Below are positions 19,011-27,787 of a stretch of 64,000 nt of DNA, piece by piece. Position numbers and translations under genes: made by a program. Under the pieces are notes generated by a model. The model worked only from the letters and a program-made list of their open reading frames with translations. It searched no databases and had not been told where the DNA came from. The DNA comes from a bacterium (GTDB lineage Bacteria; Chloroflexota; Dormibacteria; Aeolococcales; Bog-877), in contig JAJYWQ010000041.1 of assembly GCA_021791415.1 (NCBI GenBank), positions 5,348 to 69,347 of the forward strand, read 5' to 3'. Position 1 is the first letter of the stretch. Each line of letters starts with the position of its first letter.

Positions 19011-19048
19011 CGGTCCGCCCCGGCGCCGCCCTGGCGACCGCAATTTTT
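19011..19048 (+). terminator. Terminator/attenuator-like hairpin plus T5 run just upstream of the efp ribosome-binding site
   Basis: CGGTCCGCC (19011-19019) pairs with GGCGACCG (19033-19040), 8 bp with one bulge, followed by CAATTTTT. T-runs are rare in this sequence. Confidence 0.25.
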
Positions 19049-19060
19049 GGAGCCGAGCAG

Positions 19061-19621
19061 ATGATCAACGCCGGAGAGCTGCGGGCCGGCACCACCGTGG
19101 AGCGCAACGGCCAGCTGCTGGAGGTCCTCACCTTCGAGCACATAAAGCTGGGTCGGGGCACGGCGGTGGTGCGCACCCGCCTGCGCAATGTCGACACCGG
19201 AGCCGTGACCGAGGAGACCTTCCGACCGGAGGAGCGCTTCCCGAGGGTCCGGATTGAGAAGGTGGAGGTGCAGTACCTGTACCGGGACGGGGACCAGCAC
19301 GTGCTCATGGACACCAGCACCTACGAGCAGTTCCCCATCAGCCAGGAGCTTTTCGAGGCGGCCTCCCGCTTCGTGCGGGAGTCCGACACACTCTTTTTGC
19401 TCCGGCACGACGACCGGATCCTCGGGGTTGAGGTGCCCATCACCGTCGTGCTGGAGGTCACCGCCACCGACCCGGGCTTCAAGGGGGACACGGCCACCGG
19501 GACCTTCAAGCCCGCCACCTTGGAGACCGGGCTGGTGATCGACGTGCCGCTGTTCGTGAACGTCGGTGACCGGGTGAAGGTGGACACCCGGAGCGCGCGC
19601 TACCTGGAACGCGCCTCGTGA
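19061..19621 (+). CDS. efp: Elongation factor P
   Basis: MINAGELRAGTTVERNGQLLEVLTFEHIKLGRGTAVVRTRLRN...; GGAG lies 8 nt before ATG 19061. Confidence 0.95.
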   Translation: MINAGELRAGTTVERNGQLLEVLTFEHIKLGRGTAVVRTRLRNVDTGAVTEETFRPEERFPRVRIEKVEVQYLYRDGDQHVLMDTSTYEQFPISQELFEAASRFVRESDTLFLLRHDDRILGVEVPITVVLEVTATDPGFKGDTATGTFKPATLETGLVIDVPLFVNVGDRVKVDTRSARYLERAS

Positions 19622-19980
19622 CGACCGCCCCCACCCTGCGGGAGCAGCCTCCGGGACGCGTCCGGGTGGCCAGCGAGGTGGTGGGGGCGATCGCCTCCCT
19701 GGCAGCACTGGACACGCCGGGGGTGGCCCACATGTGCGAACTCCAGGGAGTGCCGGTGCCCCGCCCCCTGCGCCGTCAGCACGGCCACCGCGGTGTCCGC
19801 CTGGAGATGATCGGGAGCGCGGCCATCCGGCTTGAGCTGGGCATCGCCATCGAGTCCGGGGCAACTCTTCCGGAGCTGGTGGAGGAGCTGCAGCGACGGG
19901 TGTCGCGGGACATCGAAAGGATGCTGGGGCTGGAGGTCGTCGAGGTCAACGTCCTGGTCCGCGAGCTGGCGGGCGGTTGA
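19618..19980 (+). CDS. Asp23/Gls24 family envelope stress response protein
   Basis: RVASEVVGAIASLAALDTPGV...IESGATLPELVEELQRRVSRDIERMLGLEVVEVNVLV. Position upstream of nusB as in Firmicutes (yqhY-nusB). Confidence 0.85.
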   Translation: MTTAPTLREQPPGRVRVASEVVGAIASLAALDTPGVAHMCELQGVPVPRPLRRQHGHRGVRLEMIGSAAIRLELGIAIESGATLPELVEELQRRVSRDIERMLGLEVVEVNVLVRELAGG

Positions 19981-20381
19981 GGCCCCGCCACCGCGCCCGA
20001 CAGCTCGCCCTCAGGGTCGTCTTCCAGCTCGACCAGGCCCCCGGGGACTGGCGTCCGGCGTTCGCCTACCAGCTGGCCGAGGACGACCTCCCCCCCGAGT
20101 TGGCGGCCTTCGCCGAGGAGCTGGTTGCCCTGGTCCAAGAGCACCGCCCGGAGATAGATTCGGCGCTGGAGGGGGCTGCCACCCACTGGAGGCTGGAGCA
20201 GATGGGGCGGGTGGAGAGGGGGGTACTCCGCCTGGGGGCCGCCGAGCTATTGTGGCGCCGACAGGATCCCCAGGCAGTGACCCTGGACGAGGCGGTGGGG
20301 CTGGCCAAGGAGCTTGGCGGCGAGGATGCTGCCCGCTTCGTGAACGGGGTTCTGGGCCGGCTGGCGCGGGAAGCGGTCTGA
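19977..20381 (+). CDS. nusB: Transcription antitermination factor NusB
   Basis: RHRARQLALRVVFQLD..., RVERGVLRLGAAELL, DEAVGLAKELGGEDAARFVNGVLG. Confidence 0.9.
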   Translation: MRPRHRARQLALRVVFQLDQAPGDWRPAFAYQLAEDDLPPELAAFAEELVALVQEHRPEIDSALEGAATHWRLEQMGRVERGVLRLGAAELLWRRQDPQAVTLDEAVGLAKELGGEDAARFVNGVLGRLAREAV

Positions 20382-21697
20382 TGCTGGCGCGCCGGGTCCT
20401 GCAGGTGGCCGAGCTCAACAGCCTGATCCGGGCGGACCTGGAGGAGGACCCCGCGCTCCAAGACGTGTACGTGGAGGCCGAGATCGGCACCTGCACCAGG
20501 TCTGCGGCGGGCCACCGCTACCTCACGCTGAAGGACTGTCGTGAGGGGCGGGCCGACCAGGCCTCGATCCGAGCAGTGCTCTTCCGCGGCGCGGGCGCCT
20601 CCCTCTCCTTCGAGCCTGAGACCGGCCAGCGGGTGATCGCCCACGGGCGGATATCCGTATACGCGGCCAAGGGGGATGTCCAGCTGTACCTGGATCAGCT
20701 GGATCCTGCCGGCGTCGGTGCCCTGGCGCTCGCCTACCAGCAGCTGGTGGCGCGCCTCGAGGCTGAGGGACTCTTCGGGCCCGAGCGCAAACGCCAGCTT
20801 CCATTCCTGCCCCGCCGGGTGGCGGTGGTCACATCCCCCCGGGGCGCCGCGGTCCGGGACGTGATCCACGTGATCAGCCGACGCTGCCCGATCACCGAGC
20901 TGGTGGTCGTGCCCTCACTGGTGCAGGGGGAGGGGAGCGTGGCCGAGCTGGTCGCGGCGATGGCCCTGGCCGGCCGCTCGGGAGCGGAGTTGGTCCTCCT
21001 GGTCCGGGGCGGCGGGAGCCTGGAGGACCTCGCCGCGTTCAACTCTGAGGAGCTGGCGCGGGCAGTGGCCAGCTGCCCGGTCCCGGTCATGACCGGGGTG
21101 GGGCATGAGACCGACACCACGGTGGTCGACTTCGTGGCCGACCGCCGCGCCCCCACCCCCTCGGCCGCCGCCGAGCTGGCTGTCCCGGATCGGGACGGCC
21201 TGCGCCATGAGCTGGGGGCGAGGCACCTCCGACTCGGGCGGGCGGGTGCCGCCTATCTCGTGGGGCGGACCGAGCAGCTCGCCGGCACGGCCGCCCGATT
21301 GGAGCGGCTGGCGCCGCGGAGGCGACTCATGGAGGGCCAGCAGGACCTGGACCGAGCCGCCCAGCGGCTGGTGGCCGCGGCCGCCCGCCATCTGGTCCGC
21401 CTGTCAGACCAGCTCTCTTCGCGGCGCCAGCTGCTGGAGGCGCGGGGCCCCTGGCCCCGCCTCGGGCGGCTGCAGGAGGAGCTGCGGGGGAGGAGCGGGC
21501 AGCTCTTGGCGCTGTCCCCGCTCGCCGTCCTGGAGCGTGGCTACTCGATAACCTGGCAGGAGGAGGGAGGGGCGCTGGTCCGCGACCCGCAAGTGCTGCA
21601 GCCCGGAGAGCGGCTGCTGACCCAGTTGGCGCTGGGTCGGGTGCGCAGTCAAGTGACATCGGTGGAGCCGAGCAAGGAGGTGTCAGATGACGGATGA
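20381..21697 (+). CDS. xseA: Exodeoxyribonuclease VII large subunit
   Basis: VAELNSLIRADLE...VYVEAEIG (OB fold), VVTSPRGAAVRDVI, LVRGGGSLEDLAAFN, VMTGVGHETDTT. ATG 20381 overlaps the nusB stop (ATGA-type). Confidence 0.9.
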   Translation: MLARRVLQVAELNSLIRADLEEDPALQDVYVEAEIGTCTRSAAGHRYLTLKDCREGRADQASIRAVLFRGAGASLSFEPETGQRVIAHGRISVYAAKGDVQLYLDQLDPAGVGALALAYQQLVARLEAEGLFGPERKRQLPFLPRRVAVVTSPRGAAVRDVIHVISRRCPITELVVVPSLVQGEGSVAELVAAMALAGRSGAELVLLVRGGGSLEDLAAFNSEELARAVASCPVPVMTGVGHETDTTVVDFVADRRAPTPSAAAELAVPDRDGLRHELGARHLRLGRAGAAYLVGRTEQLAGTAARLERLAPRRRLMEGQQDLDRAAQRLVAAAARHLVRLSDQLSSRRQLLEARGPWPRLGRLQEELRGRSGQLLALSPLAVLERGYSITWQEEGGALVRDPQVLQPGERLLTQLALGRVRSQVTSVEPSKEVSDDG

Positions 21698-21968
21698 GCC
21701 GAGCCCCGGGTCCGACGAGGACCTCCTGGACTACGAGGCGGCCCTGGCCCGGCTGGACGAGGTGCTGCGGGCCCTGGAGGATGGCAAGGTAGCGCTGGAG
21801 GAGGCCATCGCCTTGTACGAACGGGGGGTGAAGCTGGTGCGCCGCTGCTCCACCCTGCTTGCCGGGGCCGAGCGGCGGATCACCGAGCTCTCCCAGAGCC
21901 CCGATGGCGAGCTGGTGGAGCGCCCCTTCCAGCTCTCCGTGGAGGAGGGGCCCGCGGGCGGAGCCTGA
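21687..21968 (+). CDS. xseB: Exodeoxyribonuclease VII small subunit
   Basis: YEAALARLDEVLRALEDGKVALEEAIALYERGVKLVRRC. Confidence 0.9.
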   Translation: MTDEPSPGSDEDLLDYEAALARLDEVLRALEDGKVALEEAIALYERGVKLVRRCSTLLAGAERRITELSQSPDGELVERPFQLSVEEGPAGGA

Positions 21969-21974
21969 GCGCGG

Positions 21975-22406
21975 ATGGCAGGGCTGCTATCCAACCAATA
22001 TCTCCTGGTCCCGCTCCTGGCCTGGGCGCTCGGTCAGCTCCTCAAGATCCTCACCGACTCCTGGCAGCGGCGCCAGCTGAGCCTCCGGCGGCTGGGCACC
22101 TCGGGAGGGATGCCCAGCTCGCACACTGCTCTCACCGTCTGCCTCACCACCATTCTGGGGCGGCGGCTGGGCACCACCTCGCCGGTCTTCGCGGCGGCCG
22201 CCGTGCTCACCATGGTGGTGGTCTATGACGCCACCGGGGTCCGGCGCGCCGCCGGGCAGCAGAGCGTCATCCTGAACCAGATGATCGACGACCTCCGGCA
22301 GCACCTCGGGCTGAGGTACGAGCGGGTGCGCCAACTTCTGGGTCACACCCCCTACGAGGTCCTGGCGGGAGCCGCCCTCGGGTTGCTGGTGGGGATGACG
22401 CTCTGA
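21975..22406 (+). CDS. Divergent PAP2 family membrane protein (YuiD-like)
   Basis: GGMPSSHTA, VVYDATGVRRAAGQQ, LGHTPYEV. Confidence 0.8.
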   Translation: MAGLLSNQYLLVPLLAWALGQLLKILTDSWQRRQLSLRRLGTSGGMPSSHTALTVCLTTILGRRLGTTSPVFAAAAVLTMVVVYDATGVRRAAGQQSVILNQMIDDLRQHLGLRYERVRQLLGHTPYEVLAGAALGLLVGMTL

Positions 22407-22425
22407 CGCCCGCCCCGGAGGCCCA

Positions 22426-23388
22426 GTGCCTAACATCTCATTCTCGATGGCCATGCTGACCCCGCCACCACCGGCCGATCAGGTGGTGGCCTTCCTTCTC
22501 CACCCGCGTGAGGCCGCCAGCTCGCCCTTGCTGGGGGAGGCCCAGCGCCGCTGCCGGGAAGCCGGGCTGGGGGCCGTGGTCGTGCAGTCCACCCCGGAGG
22601 AGGAGCTGGGTGCCTTCGCCGGTCGGACGCGGCTCCTGGTCTCTGTGGGTGGTGACGGGACCCTGCTCTACGCCGCCAGGATGGCCGGCCCCCGGGGCAT
22701 CCCCGTGCTGGGGGTGAACCGGGGCCAGCTCGGCTTCCTCACCAGCGTGGAGATGGAGGGGTTGCCCGATGCTCTCAGTGCCTACTTCGAGGGCCGATGC
22801 TCCACCCTGGTCCGGCCCACCCTCTCCGCCTCGCTGCTGACGGCGGCGGGGACGCCGACCGCATCCCTGCCGCTGGCGGTCAACGAGGTGCTGGTTCGGG
22901 CGGACGACTTCAACGTGATCCGCATGAGGGTGCGCACCGACCACCAGCTGGTCGGGGAGTTCGACGGCGACGGGATCATCATCGCCACCAGCCTGGGCTC
23001 CACCGCCTACTCCCTCTCCGCCGGCGGCCCCAGCCTGGAGCCGTCGGTCCCGGCACTGGTCGTCACCCCGCTCAACCCTCACTCCCTCGGCCACCGGTCG
23101 CTGGTCATCCCGGACACCTTGGACGTGAGCGTGGAGCTGGTGCGGGGAGGGGGCACGATGGCGGCGGACGGCAGGGTGTGGAGGCCGCTTCTGGCCGGAG
23201 GGCGGTTCGTGGTCGGACGCGGCCCCCATCTCCAACTGGTGCAGCCGCCGGGGACACCAGGATTCTTCGAGCGCCTCCGCTCCAAGACCGGGTTCGGGAC
23301 GGTGCTGAAGCTGGAGGTCGACGACCTCGGGGAGGCCAGTCCGGCCGGGGCCGAGGAACCCGCTCCGATCCCGGCCCCGGGCGGCTGA
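22426..23388 (+). CDS. nadK: NAD kinase
   Basis: GGDGTLLYAAR, GVNRGQLGFLT, DGIIIATSLGSTAYSLSAGGP. Confidence 0.9.
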   Translation: MPNISFSMAMLTPPPPADQVVAFLLHPREAASSPLLGEAQRRCREAGLGAVVVQSTPEEELGAFAGRTRLLVSVGGDGTLLYAARMAGPRGIPVLGVNRGQLGFLTSVEMEGLPDALSAYFEGRCSTLVRPTLSASLLTAAGTPTASLPLAVNEVLVRADDFNVIRMRVRTDHQLVGEFDGDGIIIATSLGSTAYSLSAGGPSLEPSVPALVVTPLNPHSLGHRSLVIPDTLDVSVELVRGGGTMAADGRVWRPLLAGGRFVVGRGPHLQLVQPPGTPGFFERLRSKTGFGTVLKLEVDDLGEASPAGAEEPAPIPAPGG

Positions 23389-23389
23389 G

Positions 23390-25123
23390 GTGCTGCTGGA
23401 GCTGCGCGTCCGTGGGCTGGCGGTGATCGAGGCCGTGCAGTGCGAGTTCCAGGGCGGTCTGAACGTGCTCACCGGCGAGACGGGCTCCGGGAAGTCGGTC
23501 CTGCTGGCTGCGCTGGGGTTGGCCCTCGGGGACCGCGGGGACCCGCAGATGGTGCGCCAGGGGGCGGAGCGCGCCATGGTCTCGGCGAGCTTCACCTGGC
23601 CTGAGGAGCAGACCGAGCAGCTTGCCGCCCTGGGCGTGGCCCCGGCCGAGGTGCTGGTGCTTACCAGGGAGCTGGGGCCGCGAAGCCCGGCCCGCATCAA
23701 CGGCGGTCTGGTGCCGGCGTCACAGCTGCGCGAGTTGGGGGAGAGGCTCGTGGAGCGGCACGGCCAGGGGGCCGCCAGCCGCTGGCTGCGGGAGTCGGAC
23801 CAGCGGGCCGGCCTGGATGGGTACGCGGGGGGGAGGGCGCTGGACCTCCGGTCCTCGGTGGCGGAGCTGGAGCGCCAGCACCGGCTTGTGGCCCAGCAAC
23901 TCGCCGCGGCTCGTGACCGCAACCTCGCGGAGGCCTCTCACCTGGCCATGGCCCGTGCGGACCTGGCCGAGCTGGAGGCCGCGCGGCTGGTGGCGGGGGA
24001 GGACGACCGGTTGCGCGAGGAGCGCGAGCGCCTCCTGCACCTGGCCCGGCTCAGAGAGGCGGCCGAGGGGCTCCGCCGGGTGGTGGCCGGCTCCGACGTC
24101 GATCCCGGGGCGGCCGACGCCATCGCGGCTGAACTCCAGGCGGGCCGTCCGGCCTTCGCCATCGACCCGGAGCTGGACCGCTCACGGGCCCAGGCGGAGG
24201 ACGCCCTGGCCATCCTGCGTGATCTCGGGCTCCAGCTCGGCTCCTATCTCGAGCGGCTGCCGCTGGACCAGGGTCGGCTCGAGGAGGTGGAGGAGCGGCT
24301 GCAGCTGCTGGAGCGGGTCGCCCGACGCCACGGCGGCAGTCTGGAAGAGGCCATCCGGCGCCGGGAGGCGGCCCGCCGGCTGCTGGCCGGCGAGGGGACG
24401 GCGGGCCTCGACCTGCGGGGGCTCGAGGCAGAGCTCGAGGAGCTGGGGGAACGACTGGGGATGTGCTGCCGGGAGCTGACCGAGATCCGCAGTAGAGCCG
24501 CCGCCCAGCTCGCGGCCGAGGTGACGGCCGACCTGCACCAGATGCTCATGCCCGCCGCCGAGCTCCAGGTCCAGCTCTGGCAGGATGAGGACCCTGAGGG
24601 AGTGCCCGGGCCGTCCGGGGCCCGCTACCGGGTCTCCGCGGACGGGTGGGACAGAGTGCGGTTCCTGCTCGCCGCCAACCGTGGCGACCCGCTCCGGCCA
24701 CTCACCGAGGCTGCCTCCGGGGGTGAGCTCTCCCGGGTGGTTCTGGCGGTGCTGGCACGGCTGTCGATCCGTGCCGAGGCCCAGACCGTCGTGTTCGACG
24801 AGATCGACGAGGGGCTCGGGGGGGAGGCGGCGAACCGGGTGGGCGACCTGCTGCTCCAGGTGGCCGGACAGCGCCAGGTGATCTGCGTCACCCATCTGGC
24901 CACCATCGCCGCTCGGGGTGAGCGCCACCTCCGGGTGCGCAAGGGTGAGTCGCAGGGGCGGTCGTTGAGCCATGTCGAGGTGGTGGAGGGGGAGGCCCGG
25001 GTGGACGAGCTGGCCCGGCTCCTGGCCGGCGAGGCGACCCCCAAGGCGGCGCGAAACCACGCCGTCGAGCTGCTCGCCGCCGTGGGGGCCGGGGCGCCGA
25101 CCTCGGGAGTGAGGGATGGCTGA
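23390..25123 (+). CDS. recN: DNA repair protein RecN
   Basis: LNVLTGETGSGKSVLL (Walker A), long coiled-coil middle, ASGGELSRVVLA (signature), VVFDEIDEGLGG (Walker B). Confidence 0.95.
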   Translation: MLLELRVRGLAVIEAVQCEFQGGLNVLTGETGSGKSVLLAALGLALGDRGDPQMVRQGAERAMVSASFTWPEEQTEQLAALGVAPAEVLVLTRELGPRSPARINGGLVPASQLRELGERLVERHGQGAASRWLRESDQRAGLDGYAGGRALDLRSSVAELERQHRLVAQQLAAARDRNLAEASHLAMARADLAELEAARLVAGEDDRLREERERLLHLARLREAAEGLRRVVAGSDVDPGAADAIAAELQAGRPAFAIDPELDRSRAQAEDALAILRDLGLQLGSYLERLPLDQGRLEEVEERLQLLERVARRHGGSLEEAIRRREAARRLLAGEGTAGLDLRGLEAELEELGERLGMCCRELTEIRSRAAAQLAAEVTADLHQMLMPAAELQVQLWQDEDPEGVPGPSGARYRVSADGWDRVRFLLAANRGDPLRPLTEAASGGELSRVVLAVLARLSIRAEAQTVVFDEIDEGLGGEAANRVGDLLLQVAGQRQVICVTHLATIAARGERHLRVRKGESQGRSLSHVEVVEGEARVDELARLLAGEATPKAARNHAVELLAAVGAGAPTSGVRDG

Positions 25124-25817
25124 TCCCGAGCAGAGAAGACAGCTGGAGGAGCTCGGCGGGCTGGCCGCGGCCCTGCAGCGGCGCGAGGTCGATCCGGCGG
25201 AGGTGTCCCTGGCCGAGCTCAGCGCCCGACTCCGGGCAAGGGTGGAGGAGGACGGGGCGAACCTGGACCTCTTGTGGGCTGCGGAGTCGCTCCGAGAGCT
25301 GACCCGGCTTGTGGAGCTGAAGCTGGGCCGGTTCGACCCCGAGGAGGCAGAGGCTCCGCTGCCCATCCTCGCCGACCCTGAGCCGGACCCCGGTCTTCGC
25401 CTGGAGGAGTACCGGCTGTTCAAGGCCGCCGCGGAGGTGCTGCTGGCGGACGCCGCCACCGGCCCCAAGGCATTCCTGCGTGTGCTGGGAGTGCCCGTGG
25501 AGCCCCGGCCCACGATCCGCCTGAAGCCGGAGGCGCTGGCGGCGGCCTTCGGGGAGGTGCTCTCCCGCCTGCCTCCCCAGGTGACCATGGAGGCGGCCTC
25601 ACCGCGGTACTCGATCGAGGTCCGTTCGGCCGACCTGCTGGCTGATCTGCGCGCCCGGGGCGAGCTGGTCTTCGATCAGGTCTTCGCCGCCGCCGCTGAC
25701 CGGCTGGAGGCGGTGGTCCTGTTCATGGCCCTGCTGGACCTTCTCAATCGCGGGCTGGCGGTCTGCGAGCAGCTGGGCGACGGGCCGATCCGGGTGGGGC
25801 TCCCCGTTGGCGGCTGA
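25116..25817 (+). CDS. scpA: Segregation and condensation protein A
   Basis: Kleisin-like; position recN-scpA-scpB; C-terminal VVLFMALLDLLNRGLA. Confidence 0.85.
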   Translation: MADPEQRRQLEELGGLAAALQRREVDPAEVSLAELSARLRARVEEDGANLDLLWAAESLRELTRLVELKLGRFDPEEAEAPLPILADPEPDPGLRLEEYRLFKAAAEVLLADAATGPKAFLRVLGVPVEPRPTIRLKPEALAAAFGEVLSRLPPQVTMEAASPRYSIEVRSADLLADLRARGELVFDQVFAAAADRLEAVVLFMALLDLLNRGLAVCEQLGDGPIRVGLPVGG

Positions 25818-26379
25818 GCCGAGGTCGGAGCCGGAGGCGCTGGCCGGAGCGTTGGTCGCGATTCTCTTCGTGCGCGCCGAGCCGCTGGCGGTGGGAGAGC
25901 TGGCGAATGCCATGGGGGTTGACCGCCAGGGGGTGAGGCGGGCCGCGGAGCTGGCGGGCGTGCTCCTGGAGGGCACCGGGCTCCTGCTGCAGCGCAACCT
26001 CGATCAGCTTCAGCTGGTGACCCACCCTGACGTGGCCTGGGCAGTCCAGCGGGCGCTGCAGCCCGAGGTGGCCGGACGGCTTTCCCGGCCCGCCCTGGAG
26101 ACGCTGGCGATCGTCGCCTACCGCCAGCCGGTGTCCAGGGCCAGTGTGGAAGCCATCCGCGGGGTCAACTGTGACGCCGTGCTGGAGCGGCTTCAGGCCC
26201 ACGACCTCATCACCGAGGTGGGGAGGGGAGAGGGGCCGGGACGCCCGCGGCTCTTCGCCACCACCCTGAGGTTCCTCCAGGTCGTGGGGCTCTCGTCGAT
26301 CGAGGAGCTTCCCCCGCTGGAGCCAGCCGGAGGGAACGAGTGGTTGCGTCGGGTCGTGGAGCGGTCCGATGCCAGCTGA
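25807..26379 (+). CDS. scpB: Segregation and condensation protein B
   Basis: LVAILFVRAEPL, LSRPALETLAIVAYRQPVSRASVEAIRGV, GRGEGPGRPRLFATT. Confidence 0.9.
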   Translation: MAAEPRSEPEALAGALVAILFVRAEPLAVGELANAMGVDRQGVRRAAELAGVLLEGTGLLLQRNLDQLQLVTHPDVAWAVQRALQPEVAGRLSRPALETLAIVAYRQPVSRASVEAIRGVNCDAVLERLQAHDLITEVGRGEGPGRPRLFATTLRFLQVVGLSSIEELPPLEPAGGNEWLRRVVERSDAS

Positions 26380-27088
26380 GCGGCTGGGGCGGTGGCTGGC
26401 TCGCCAGGGCATCGCCTCCCGAAGGGGCGCGGATGAGCTGCTGCGCCAGGGCCGGGTGCGGGTGAACCTGGCTCCCGCGCCCCCCAGCGGCCAGCTCATC
26501 GACCCGGAGCGGGACCTCATCGAGGTGGACGGCAGGCGAGTCGAACCCGACCGTGGGCCCCGGCGTTACCTGGCGCTCAACAAGCCACTGGGGGTGGTCT
26601 CCACGGTCCGGGACCCGGGGGGTCGCCCCACAGTTCTCGACCTGGTGCCGGACGGAGCCGGTCTCTTCCCCGTGGGACGCCTGGACCGGGACTCCAGGGG
26701 GCTTCTCTTCCTCACAGACGACGGCGATCTCTCCCAACGGCTGACCCACCCCAGGTACGGCGCCCCCAAGACCTACCGGGTGCGCCTGGCCCAGCCCATT
26801 ACCCGCAGCCAGCTGCAGGAGCTGCGGGCGGGCCCGGTGCTGGAGGACGGCCCCACCCACCCCACGGCGGTTCGGGCCGAGGCCGGGGGCGAGGTCCTCT
26901 TCGTCACCCTGCGGGAGGGCCGAAACCGTGAGCTGCGGCGCATGCTGGAGCGGGTGGGCTCCAGCGTGCTCGACCTGGAGAGGGTGGAGTTCGCCGGGAT
27001 CCGGCTGGGCACCCTCCCCCCGGGGGCGGTGCGGGAGCTGAGCCGGGCGGAGGTGGCCCGCCTGCGCCGTGAGGCGGGTCTTGGATGA
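26369..27088 (+). CDS. rluB: Pseudouridine synthase, RsuA/RluB family (S4 + catalytic domain)
   Basis: RLGRWLARQGIASRRGADELL (S4), PVGRLDRDSRGLLFLTDDGDL (catalytic Asp), REGRNRELRRM. Confidence 0.85.
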   Translation: MPAERLGRWLARQGIASRRGADELLRQGRVRVNLAPAPPSGQLIDPERDLIEVDGRRVEPDRGPRRYLALNKPLGVVSTVRDPGGRPTVLDLVPDGAGLFPVGRLDRDSRGLLFLTDDGDLSQRLTHPRYGAPKTYRVRLAQPITRSQLQELRAGPVLEDGPTHPTAVRAEAGGEVLFVTLREGRNRELRRMLERVGSSVLDLERVEFAGIRLGTLPPGAVRELSRAEVARLRREAGLG

Positions 27089-27786
27089 CGGCCCCACCCA
27101 TTTCGGTGACCATCGATGGGCCCGCTGGGGTAGGGAAGTCCACTGTGGGGAGGAGGGTGGCGCGGGAGTTGCAGCTCCCCTTCCTCGACACCGGGCTCCT
27201 CTACCGGGCCCTGGCCCTGGCGGCGGCCGAGCGCTCGGTCGGCCCGGACGGCGCCGCGGAACTGGTCAGGGGCCTTGATCTCGCGATCAACCTGGACCCC
27301 GCGGCCCCCGAGGGGGCGTGGCGGGCGCGCCTTGGCGACCGCGACCTGGGCGCCGAACTATGGGCCCCGGGAAACGCGGTCCTGCTGGCCAGGATCGCCG
27401 CCGAGCCCGCGGTCCGCGCCGCCCTCCTTCCCCTGCAGCGCCGTCTGGGGGCCGCAGGGGTGGTGGCCGTCGGCCGGGATGCCGGGTCGACGGTGTTCCC
27501 CGGGGCGGAGGTGAAGGTCTACCTGGATGCTCCCTTCGAGGTGAGGATGGAGCGCCGCCGCTCGGAGCTGGAGCGGCTGGGACTGGCCAGCGCTGAGGTC
27601 GCGGTGCGCGAGGACCTGGCCGAGCGGGACCATCGGGACAGTACTCGCAAGACCGCGCCGCTCGCCGTTCCCGATGGTGCTCTGGTGATCGACACGGCCC
27701 CGATCGACGCCGAGGAGGTGGCGAGCCTGATCCTTCGGCGCTGCCGCGAGCTGGGTGTGCAACCGTCGACCGGCCGGCTCAGCTGA
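27085..27786 (+). CDS. cmk: Cytidylate kinase
   Basis: ISVTIDGPAGVGKSTV, LDTGLLYRA, GRDAGSTVFP. Confidence 0.9.
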   Translation: MTAPPISVTIDGPAGVGKSTVGRRVARELQLPFLDTGLLYRALALAAAERSVGPDGAAELVRGLDLAINLDPAAPEGAWRARLGDRDLGAELWAPGNAVLLARIAAEPAVRAALLPLQRRLGAAGVVAVGRDAGSTVFPGAEVKVYLDAPFEVRMERRRSELERLGLASAEVAVREDLAERDHRDSTRKTAPLAVPDGALVIDTAPIDAEEVASLILRRCRELGVQPSTGRLS

Positions 27787-27787
27787 C

